The notes beneath the pieces are model-generated. The model ran no database searches. It was given only the letters and a program-made list of their open reading frames with translations, and was not told the DNA's origin. The position numbers were made by a program, and so were the translations under genes. A stretch of 13,501 nucleotides of DNA, from IMG/VR virus record IMGVR_UViG_3300045988_042346. One strand, 5' to 3'. Below are positions 7,314-13,347 of the stretch, one piece after another; the stretch's first letter is position 1; the number at the start of each line of letters is the position of its first letter. The DNA is from a virus.

Positions 7314-7667
7314 TTACTTCACTTCCTTTCCATAGGTCGGGTCGATAATTCGGGCCGTCACCGTGGCAGCGTCTGCCGTCGGCTGCGGCTGGATGCCGAG
7401 GCCAAGCGCGTTCGCCTGCAACGTCTGGGTCATGGTCTGCATCGCCTGCGCGGTGGTCTGCTGACCCTGCAAAAGCTGCTGCAACAGGGTCTCGAGGCCG
7501 TCGTACTGCGCCGCAGGCTGCGGTGTGGGCTGAGGTGTGGGCTGCGGCGCGGGCTGCGGCGCGGGCTGCGGCGCGGGCTGCGGCGCGGGCTGCGGCCTCT
7601 CCATCGCTTCAATTTCTGCTTTGGTGTAGCCCGCCATAGCGAGGGCCGCTTTTTCACTGATTTTCAA
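7314..7667 (-). CDS. Putative scaffolding protein with (PQPA/PQPT)7 linker
   Basis: 117-aa ORF immediately upstream of the MCP gene (phi29 gp7 position, similar size). TTG start at 7667 has GGAGGCG 7 nt upstream. The C-terminal half is Gln/Leu/Ala/Thr-rich and predicted helical (LETLLQQLLQGQQTTAQAMQTMTQTLQANAL). The functional call is positional and compositional only. Confidence 0.5.
   Translation of the reverse strand: MKISEKAALAMAGYTKAEIEAMERPQPAPQPAPQPAPQPAPQPTPQPTPQPAAQYDGLETLLQQLLQGQQTTAQAMQTMTQTLQANALGLGIQPQPTADAATVTARIIDPTYGKEVK
7516..7598. repeat. 12-nt tandem repeat (gggctgcggcgc, about 7 units including variants) encoding the PQPA repeats
   Basis: Directly visible: gggctgcggcgc repeated 4 times perfectly, plus variant units gggctgaggtgt and ggctgcggtgt. 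Confidence 0.9.
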
Positions 7668-7887
7668 CTGTAGTCGCCTCCATCACAACGTATGTGTCAT
7701 GTGCCAAGCATTTAACTACTTGGTCTTTGTCTCCTTTGGTGACAGGACCCACGGCGCAACACTGCCGCGTGTGGGAATTGTCGGCCCAGTCGCTATAGTA
7801 GGCAACACCCAAACGGGTGCACAAATCAGCCAGCAGAAACGAGCGTTCGTTTGTGATTGACTGGGCAAAAATGATATAACAACCCAT
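7654..7887 (-). CDS. Hypothetical 77-aa Cys/His-rich protein
   Basis: ATG at 7887 with AAGGGGGA 6 nt upstream, starting 2 nt after the holin stop. The 3' end overlaps the scaffold start by 14 nt. It contains 5 Cys and 2 His (SHTRQCCAVGPVTKGDKDQVVKCLAH). I recognise no family. Confidence 0.6.
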   Translation of the reverse strand: MGCYIIFAQSITNERSFLLADLCTRLGVAYYSDWADNSHTRQCCAVGPVTKGDKDQVVKCLAHDTYVVMEATTVENQ

Positions 7888-7889
7888 GG

Positions 7890-8225
7890 TTAATCCCCCT
7901 TGAGTTTTGCAAAAATTTTAGTAAGAGGCCCCACCAATTCAGGATTGATCGTTCCTATATTCTCAATGATGCTGCCAATTTCCATCAAAACAAAGTAGGC
8001 GCAACCAATGGCCGAGAAAGATACATTGACATTAACGCCGACAATGGGCAGATAGAAATCAGCGGCAGCGAGCAACCCCACGGCCAGAACTTCACCAAGT
8101 TTGTGATAAAACCCCTGACGCATCACGCTGGAATCAAACCCAGTGGTAGAAAAGGCTTTAATCATGCCACTGACGACATCCATGCCGATGAACACCAGAA
8201 CGGCCAGCACTGCGTAAACGTTCAT
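7890..8225 (-). CDS. Holin (Phage_holin_4_1 / TcdE-like family)
   Basis: 111 aa with three hydrophobic segments (VYAVLAVLVFIGMDVVSGMI, LGEVLAVGLLAAADFYLPIVGV, FSAIGCAYFVLMEIGSIIENI). The E-x-x-S-I-x-E-N signature of this holin family is present. Near-perfect RBS GGGAGGTGAT lies 5 nt before the ATG at 8225. Confidence 0.8.
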   Translation of the reverse strand: MNVYAVLAVLVFIGMDVVSGMIKAFSTTGFDSSVMRQGFYHKLGEVLAVGLLAAADFYLPIVGVNVNVSFSAIGCAYFVLMEIGSIIENIGTINPELVGPLTKIFAKLKGD

Positions 8226-8256
8226 ATAACATCACCTCCCATTGCAGATACAAGTA

Positions 8257-8326
8257 AATCCCCGGTTCTTGCGCTGGCTGACGCTTGCCCGCCCCTTCTG
8301 GGGGCTGCCTGTGGGCACCGGGGATT
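8257..8326 (-). promoter_or_regulatory. GC-rich three-helix structured element at the ATPase/holin (early/late) boundary; function unknown
   Basis: On the minus strand a 10-bp outer stem, AAUCCCCGGU (8326..8317) with ACCGGGGAUU (8266..8257), encloses two hairpins. The first is GCCC[ACAGGCA]GCCCC-CAGAA-GGGGCGGGC (9 GC pairs with a 7-nt bulge). The second is GCGU-CAGCCA-GCGC. It is followed by UUACUUGUAUCUG and then the holin RBS. Confidence 0.4.
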
Positions 8327-8352
8327 ATCTTTAATATATATTGACTGCGCAA
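8324..8352 (-). promoter_or_regulatory. Candidate sigma-A-type promoter for the late (holin/structural) block
   Basis: Minus strand TTGCGC (8352..8347), 17-nt spacer, GATAAT (8329..8324). The -35 matches only TTG. The -10 overlaps the first 3 nt of the outer stem of the structured element, so the predicted TSS falls inside its 5' arm. Confidence 0.3.
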
Positions 8353-8357
8353 AAAAG

Positions 8358-9419
8358 TCAAGTACCGCAATACTCGCGGAAGAATATTTCATCCGAGTAC
8401 CGCTCAAATTCTAGTTGCCGCTGCAAGTATGCGGGCCAGATGTACCCATACGCGGCCCTAAACCGTTTCCGCTCATAATCGCCGGTGCCGTATGTGGGCA
8501 TCTCGCCAGACCTGTGACGGCATACATAGTATAGTGGCTTGCTCTTGTGCTCGTAGATGCAACACCGCCCAATTTGTACAAGCGGGTAGTATTCCCGAAG
8601 GGGCCGGGACACAACCAAGCTCTTTTCTTCGGCGCTGTACTGATTCTCGATAGCTGATCTGTAAAAATCTGTGCCGGTCATGGACCTATAGAGGGCCGTA
8701 TTTGCTTTTTCTTTTGCAATAGGGCTGTCCACAAGATCAATCAGCAAAATGCCTTTATCGGCCAGCAGCTTTACGCGCTCTTTTTTGCCGATCATCTTTT
8801 CTACTGTGTCGGTGATCTCCCATTGCATATAATAGGGGTTCGCCATGCCAACAGCGTTCGACATACACAACAGCGTCAGGGGCTTTTGCCCCTTTAATTC
8901 GCGGTTACGGTTTACAGTTTCATATATGTTAGCAAGGCCCACGCCCTCACCGCGCCGGTAATAGTCGGACTCTTCTTTCTGGTATTCATCCAAGATAATT
9001 ATATTGGTATGGGGACTTGAAAAACCACGGGTGCGGGCCAGAGTTACGACGCTCCCCACGACGCCCGCCATCTGCGCCGGTTTTATGGGAGAACCTGTAT
9101 CAGTGTAGGCCCCCGCGTTACCCACTTCATAGAGCCCGGCGATTTTAGGTATATTAAACGGGGCATAATGTGTTCGCAAATCGTCGTTCAATGGAGACCA
9201 TGGCCACATGCTGGGCGATGCGCAAATAAGTTCCGCTTGCTGCGGCGTGCGGCGCAGATACAAAAATTCCTCCCCGGTCTGGTGTACGTGCTTTAATGCT
9301 CCGTAGGTCTTACCCGTACCACGCCCGCCCCATATAAAAATAATAGACGCCCCTGTTGACAAAATGCCGTCTTTTTCGGAAAAATTCGGCCATCCTTCAT
9401 CGGTGTACAGTTTAATCAT
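8358..9419 (-). CDS. DNA packaging (encapsidation) ATPase, phi29 gp16-like
   Basis: Walker A is IFIWGGRGTGKTYG and Walker B is NIIILDEY. IYETVNRNRELKGQKPLTLLCMSNAVGMANPYYMQWEI aligns with recalled phi29 gp16 LMDTVFRNRERVRCICLSNAVSVVNPYFLFFNL. The ATG shares one base with the polymerase TGA (TGATG), and GGAGG lies 7 nt upstream. Confidence 0.92.
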   Translation of the reverse strand: MIKLYTDEGWPNFSEKDGILSTGASIIFIWGGRGTGKTYGALKHVHQTGEEFLYLRRTPQQAELICASPSMWPWSPLNDDLRTHYAPFNIPKIAGLYEVGNAGAYTDTGSPIKPAQMAGVVGSVVTLARTRGFSSPHTNIIILDEYQKEESDYYRRGEGVGLANIYETVNRNRELKGQKPLTLLCMSNAVGMANPYYMQWEITDTVEKMIGKKERVKLLADKGILLIDLVDSPIAKEKANTALYRSMTGTDFYRSAIENQYSAEEKSLVVSRPLREYYPLVQIGRCCIYEHKSKPLYYVCRHRSGEMPTYGTGDYERKRFRAAYGYIWPAYLQRQLEFERYSDEIFFREYCGT

Positions 9420-11509
9420 CAGATAACCTCCATAATCTTGTACCCTAATATCTTTGCGTATTCGTCGGTTATTCCCAAAGTGTAGGTATTATCACAAATA
9501 CACAGGTTTCTTGTAATGTGGACCGTATGCCCATCAACCACAAAATCGGGCACACTTGGGCGGTCATTATAAATAACCTGATTTCCTGCCGCCAGACAAA
9601 AAGTGAACCCGGGCTTGAATACCTCAAAACCACCCCACAGGGCCAGCTCTAAACCGCCCTTCCGCTTGCTGACTCCTGCTATAGTGGTAGTGATCGGCCC
9701 GCCCTTTTTATAGGTAGTTGCGTATTTTTTAGCGCCCCATGTCATGAATTCCGCATAGCTGCGCTCCTGCTCGTATACGCCCATATAATGAGTGTTGCCT
9801 TTTGGGTCTGTAGCGCAAGCGCCATTGTCTTTTGCGAGCTGCTTCACTGCTTTGTTAAAGTCCGACAAATCAATACTACCCATATATTTGACACTGTCGG
9901 TGTCGCAGTACACGCCATTCTTGCCCGCGGCCCATTGCGCTATTTTTAGGCGCTTGCGAGTGTGGGCAGTAGTCCATACGCCCCATTGGTAGGGCAAAAA
10001 CAGATGGGGGAGGTGGTCGTTATAACTGCCCTCCGGGTCGTCGGTGCATTCGCTCCAAAGATTGTCGGAGTCGTCCTCGTCAAAAAGTGTGTCCAGCTGT
10101 AGGGGGTCTTGTGCGGTCATACCATAATAGCTATTCAGATCGCCCTTGGCTTTGACATAATACAAATCTTGACCGGCTACACCTTTAAGGGATGTTTTGC
10201 CGGTGTAGCTTTCTTTTACACAATTCGTCAACGGTTTAGGCAATTTGCCATAATCGGACGTGTATAGGTCCAGAACGTTAAGTGCATCCCAGTCATATTC
10301 TTTGGCAATGATTCTAAAATCTATATCGGTTATGGTAATCTCGAAATGTTCAGCAGACAACAGACGACCATTGTCGTTAATGTATCCTTCACAGTGCCGA
10401 ACTTTAGCAAGCGGGATATAGGGAAATCCCCACCACTTGAACCGCTGGCGCAAACCTTTCACTTGCAAGCGCATTAAACACGCCTTGCCGTGGCGCATAC
10501 ATTGCATTAACCGTTCTACAGTCGCCGGTTCCTGTCGGAATGGCGTCATAGGGAAATAACATTCACATTGTACCGCGGGATATGCGCTAGACATATCCAC
10601 GGATCCGACGTTTTCTAAGTGCATCCCCACATAATAGCGGTTGGCGTGCGTGTCACCGCCTCGGAATGCCTCGCGTAGCATTTGATATAGTTCCCACGAC
10701 GGCAGTAAACGCTTGACCCGTTTAATGCCCCATTTGTACATAGCTTCACGGGCCATTCGTCTGACGTATCCGGTGCGCGTTAATGGTAACGTATACAGGT
10801 CGTCGCCGTCTCGCTTCATCTCGATTAACAAGCACTCCACAATACACCGAACATCATTTATACAGTACGCTAATTCTGTAGATGTCAGGGGAGTCCAGGG
10901 ATACCGCACTTTTGAATAATCGAGTGTACCGGTCAATTTGGCATGTGGGGCACCCAGCTGCTTGCCCCAAGCATCAAGGGACAGGTTGCTGTGGCGCATA
11001 CTGCAACGATATTCAATAGCGCGGTTGTCACATTTTAATACCCTGCGGGGCTTGCTGGCGAATACGTCACCGGGACCAAAATCCAGAACCCCCGACAGAT
11101 ATTGGAATTCGTGGGCAAGATTATGGACGTACATACACAGATACCAGTCACCTTGTGGGCCACTGTTTGCTTGCAAGTAGTCGCTAATCGCACCTGTAAA
11201 ATTCAACCACTCATCCCACGTCCTACCAATAATGGTAATATCCAAACCTAGTTGACATTGCCAGATATACATAATGGTGTGGGGGTTGTCGTCGGCGTCA
11301 ATACATACTCGGCTAGTCTCAATATCAAATGCGCAAGGCATATCCACATACAATCGTTTTTTGTTTGTTTTGCGCTTCTTGCCTTTAGTGTGCTTTCTGT
11401 CCAGATGCTCCATGAGCCAGGGAACCGGATTGTAATTACAAGCCTCCTCCAAAACCTCCGCGCAGGTCGGCAGAGCTGCTCCCCTCGCTATAGTCCCACT
11501 CTTTGCCAT
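9419..11509 (-). CDS. Protein-primed family-B DNA polymerase (phi29 gp2-like)
   Basis: Motifs present: Exo I FDIETS; Exo II HNLAHEF; (S/T)Lx2h SLDAW; Exo III YCINDVRCIVE; motif A DMSSAYPA; motif B KGDLNSYYG; Tx2xR TTAHTR; motif C YCDTDS; KxY AKKYA. About 46 aa lie between motif B and Tx2xR, consistent with a TPR2-type insertion. The ORF is open from a GTG at 11521. I prefer the ATG at 11509 (MAKSG...), which has AAGGTGAGG 6 nt upstream. Confidence 0.95.
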   Translation of the reverse strand: MAKSGTIARGAALPTCAEVLEEACNYNPVPWLMEHLDRKHTKGKKRKTNKKRLYVDMPCAFDIETSRVCIDADDNPHTIMYIWQCQLGLDITIIGRTWDEWLNFTGAISDYLQANSGPQGDWYLCMYVHNLAHEFQYLSGVLDFGPGDVFASKPRRVLKCDNRAIEYRCSMRHSNLSLDAWGKQLGAPHAKLTGTLDYSKVRYPWTPLTSTELAYCINDVRCIVECLLIEMKRDGDDLYTLPLTRTGYVRRMAREAMYKWGIKRVKRLLPSWELYQMLREAFRGGDTHANRYYVGMHLENVGSVDMSSAYPAVQCECYFPMTPFRQEPATVERLMQCMRHGKACLMRLQVKGLRQRFKWWGFPYIPLAKVRHCEGYINDNGRLLSAEHFEITITDIDFRIIAKEYDWDALNVLDLYTSDYGKLPKPLTNCVKESYTGKTSLKGVAGQDLYYVKAKGDLNSYYGMTAQDPLQLDTLFDEDDSDNLWSECTDDPEGSYNDHLPHLFLPYQWGVWTTAHTRKRLKIAQWAAGKNGVYCDTDSVKYMGSIDLSDFNKAVKQLAKDNGACATDPKGNTHYMGVYEQERSYAEFMTWGAKKYATTYKKGGPITTTIAGVSKRKGGLELALWGGFEVFKPGFTFCLAAGNQVIYNDRPSVPDFVVDGHTVHITRNLCICDNTYTLGITDEYAKILGYKIMEVI

Positions 11510-12035
11510 AGTTGACCTCACCTTGATGCCACTTTACAAAATCGTCAATACTGACGTTGTAGCCGCCTTTCTCGCGCCAGTACATGACTGGCTGGTCAGA
11601 CGGATAGTAATACACGCCCGACGCCTTTACGATCTCCCACCACTCGGACAATGATGTATATTGATCCTCGGAAACGTCGGCTATATCAATACCGCCGACT
11701 TTCATTTTTTGCTCAAATTCTGCACGCGCACCCCCAACGGTGGAGCCTTTAGAGCGAACAAACCGCGCTACATCTGCAAGGGCTTGCTCCAATGCTTTTC
11801 GGTCTCCGCGCATCGCCTTTAGAGTTGGGAACCCTCCGGCAAATTCTTTATAAACATCGCTGGTGCCGCTGATGGGGTCTGTTGATAGTCGCTTAATACG
11901 TTTCTGTGCAATGTCACGCAATCGAGTGTATTCTTTGCGCATCTGACTATCTGGCCACGATTCCAAAGCATACGGGGTGTATAGCTCTGGACTGTATTTA
12001 AGGGTTGCCCTTGCTTTAGCTGCGCCTGCTGCCAT
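11436..12035 (-). CDS. Candidate terminal protein (phi29 gp3 position)
   Basis: 199-aa ORF immediately upstream of and overlapping the polymerase gene, the conserved position of TP genes in phi29-like phages. The basic N-terminal segment KEYTRLRDIAQKRIKRL loosely recalls the phi29 TP N-terminus. The C-terminus is Ser/Tyr-rich and acidic (WDYSEGSSSADL). ATG at 12035 has AAAGGAG 10 nt upstream. No confident sequence homology from memory. Confidence 0.5.
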   Translation of the reverse strand: MAAGAAKARATLKYSPELYTPYALESWPDSQMRKEYTRLRDIAQKRIKRLSTDPISGTSDVYKEFAGGFPTLKAMRGDRKALEQALADVARFVRSKGSTVGGARAEFEQKMKVGGIDIADVSEDQYTSLSEWWEIVKASGVYYYPSDQPVMYWREKGGYNVSIDDFVKWHQGEVNYGKEWDYSEGSSSADLRGGFGGGL

Positions 12036-12246
12036 ACTTCCCCGGCTCCTTTCTATTCATAATCATATAATACCAGTCGAGGGGGTCTGCTTCGATGCCA
12101 AGACCGTTAAAAATGATTTTGGCCCATTCAGAACGGAAAAAATTAACATCTTTATTTGTGACTCCACTGTATACAATGGCAGATGCTAGATATATCAGGG
12201 AGTCATCGCAATTCAGCAAGGATACTCTGTTGTCTTTACTTTTCAT
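12016..12246 (-). CDS. Hypothetical early protein, 76 aa (phi29 gene 4 position)
   Basis: ATG at 12246 with AAGGAGG 4 nt upstream, directly after a terminator-like hairpin. It overlaps the next gene by 20 nt. No recognisable motifs. Confidence 0.6.
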   Translation of the reverse strand: MKSKDNRVSLLNCDDSLIYLASAIVYSGVTNKDVNFFRSEWAKIIFNGLGIEADPLDWYYMIMNRKEPGKYGSRRS

Positions 12247-12254
12247 GTGGCCTC

Positions 12255-12290
12255 CTTATAACAAATATGGCCGCCGTATGTGCGGCAGCC
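12255..12290 (-). terminator. Rho-independent terminator/attenuator after the SSB gene
   Basis: Minus strand GGCUGCCG-CACAUA-CGGCGGCC (8-bp stem with one G-U, 12269..12290) followed by AUAUUUGUUAUAAGG. It begins 10 nt after the stop of the 144-aa gene. Confidence 0.6.
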
Positions 12291-12300
12291 ATTGGTTAGA

Positions 12301-12735
12301 TTAAACCAGATTCAAAGACAAAACCTGACCCTTTTTGGTGCTGATAAGAACCGGCTTGATCTTCACCGGCTCCGTCCATGTGTCAGGGGTTCCGAGCAGC
12401 GTAAACATACGCTTCAGAGACTGATACACGCCGACGGAGACGCAGGAATACGACTGCCCGTCATCGGTAATGAGGACCACCCGCGGGGCAATCGTTTTGC
12501 CCTCGGGGACATCGTCCTTGCTGACCTCTACACACTCCACGGAAACATGAACCAGCGACAAAACCTCATTGACATGCTCCTTCAGCTTGTTGGCGGGGTT
12601 GCTCGTTGCATTGTAGAATGCGACCGCGGCAGAGCGGTCAGAAAGGTTCATGTCTGTGTACCCGACACCAGTGTTCAGCACGTCGGACACCATCATAACA
12701 CCATTGTTTTCGGACTTCATCATCGCTTCAGACAT
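12301..12735 (-). CDS. Single-stranded DNA-binding protein (phi29 p5-like)
   Basis: 144 aa. The C-terminal half VVLITDDGQSYSCVSVGVYQSLKRMF...PVKIKPVLISTKKGQVLSLNLV parallels recalled phi29 p5 TIFAADGSLYSAISKTVAEAASDLI...FKVKVVQGTSSKGNVFFSLQLSL. It lies upstream of the TP and polymerase genes as gene 5 does. AAAGGAG lies 9 nt before the ATG, and the gene is followed by an attenuator, consistent with high expression. Confidence 0.6.
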   Translation of the reverse strand: MSEAMMKSENNGVMMVSDVLNTGVGYTDMNLSDRSAAVAFYNATSNPANKLKEHVNEVLSLVHVSVECVEVSKDDVPEGKTIAPRVVLITDDGQSYSCVSVGVYQSLKRMFTLLGTPDTWTEPVKIKPVLISTKKGQVLSLNLV

Positions 12736-12820
12736 AATACAAAACTCCTTTCAGTATGTGCCCTGTCATTATCAATACCGGGCGGGCGGTCCCGGTAGAC
12801 GGCCCAAGGGCCGTTTCGAC

Positions 12821-13096
12821 TTAATGAATGTACTTATTGTATAACTTATGATAAAAAGTACTCATGTGATCGCGCACTTTGACGGCGCCCTGATACTCAA
12901 GATCAGCCGACAAACAAGAGCCCCTAAATGTTTCGAGGACACTTATTTTATCATCACAATGAATAAGCGCCTGCCGATAACCTTCCAACCATGCACGATT
13001 ATATGCGGCTTTGGCCGCGTCCTTTGGGTCCTCATACTCGCAGCACGTCAACGTGCCATCCGGGTGTATCTCGATAATAAATTTACGCATTTCCAT
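12821..13096 (-). CDS. Hypothetical early protein, 91 aa (phi29 gene 6 position)
   Basis: The ORF track extends to 13165. I prefer the ATG at 13096 (MEMRKFIIEIHPDG...) because GGAGGAAGGAG lies 9 nt upstream and this start overlaps the stop of the preceding small ORF (ATGGAAATGCGTAA). No recognisable motifs. Confidence 0.6.
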   Translation of the reverse strand: MEMRKFIIEIHPDGTLTCCEYEDPKDAAKAAYNRAWLEGYRQALIHCDDKISVLETFRGSCLSADLEYQGAVKVRDHMSTFYHKLYNKYIH

Positions 13097-13259
13097 CTGT
13101 GGTGTCTCCTTCCTCCCAACCAAACATGACCTTCGCAAGACTGACAAGTACCTTGATACTATCAATAATGTCGGCTTCGGTCAATTCTTGTAGGTTCTGA
13201 CCATCGAGAGTGATGTTATCATCGGTTAAAGTGATTTTAATGACACTTCTTTTCTTCAT
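13083..13259 (-). CDS. Small acidic early protein, 58 aa (below the ORF-track length cutoff)
   Basis: Hand translation from the ATG at 13259 gives MKKRSVIKITLTDDNITLDGQNLQELTEADIIDSIKVLVSLAKVMFGWEEGDTTDGNA, then TAA at 13083..13085. AAGGGAG lies 7 nt upstream. It is the first gene downstream of the right-end promoter region. It has 11 Asp/Glu against 6 Lys/Arg. Confidence 0.55.
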   Translation of the reverse strand: MKKRSVIKITLTDDNITLDGQNLQELTEADIIDSIKVLVSLAKVMFGWEEGDTTDGNA

Positions 13260-13293
13260 GGTGTAGCTCCCTTCGTCTTAATGGATTATATAT

Positions 13294-13338
13294 AGTATAC
13301 CACATGTTATATTGTATATGTTGCTATAAACATTGCAA
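13294..13338 (-). promoter_or_regulatory. Candidate early promoters reading leftward from the right end
   Basis: Minus strand TTGCAA (13338..13333), 16-nt spacer, TACAAT (13316..13311). A second extended -10, TGGTATACT, is at 13302..13294. Both sit in the AT-rich 88-nt gap between the right ITR and the first gene. Confidence 0.45.
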
Positions 13339-13347
13339 AAATTGCGG

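Noticed and set aside
6443-7348. 301-aa plus-strand ORF, with further plus-strand ORFs at 6637..6873 and 6687..6920
   Set aside because: It is entirely antisense to the well-supported MCP gene in a GC-rich stretch where stop codons are rare. It has no RBS, and its Arg/Gly/Val/His-rich composition is typical of antisense artefacts.
7257-7673. ORFs with GLRRGLRRGLRR (plus strand) and RSPRRSPRRSPRR (7430..7657, minus strand, alternate frame)
   Set aside because: These are alternate-frame and antisense translations of the PQPA-encoding tandem repeat. The frame with an RBS that is contiguous with the MCP gene is 7314..7667.
12280-12798. 172-aa plus-strand ORF
   Set aside because: It is antisense to the SSB gene and spans the intergenic hairpins. 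It has no RBS and no motifs. All supported genes are co-oriented on the minus strand.
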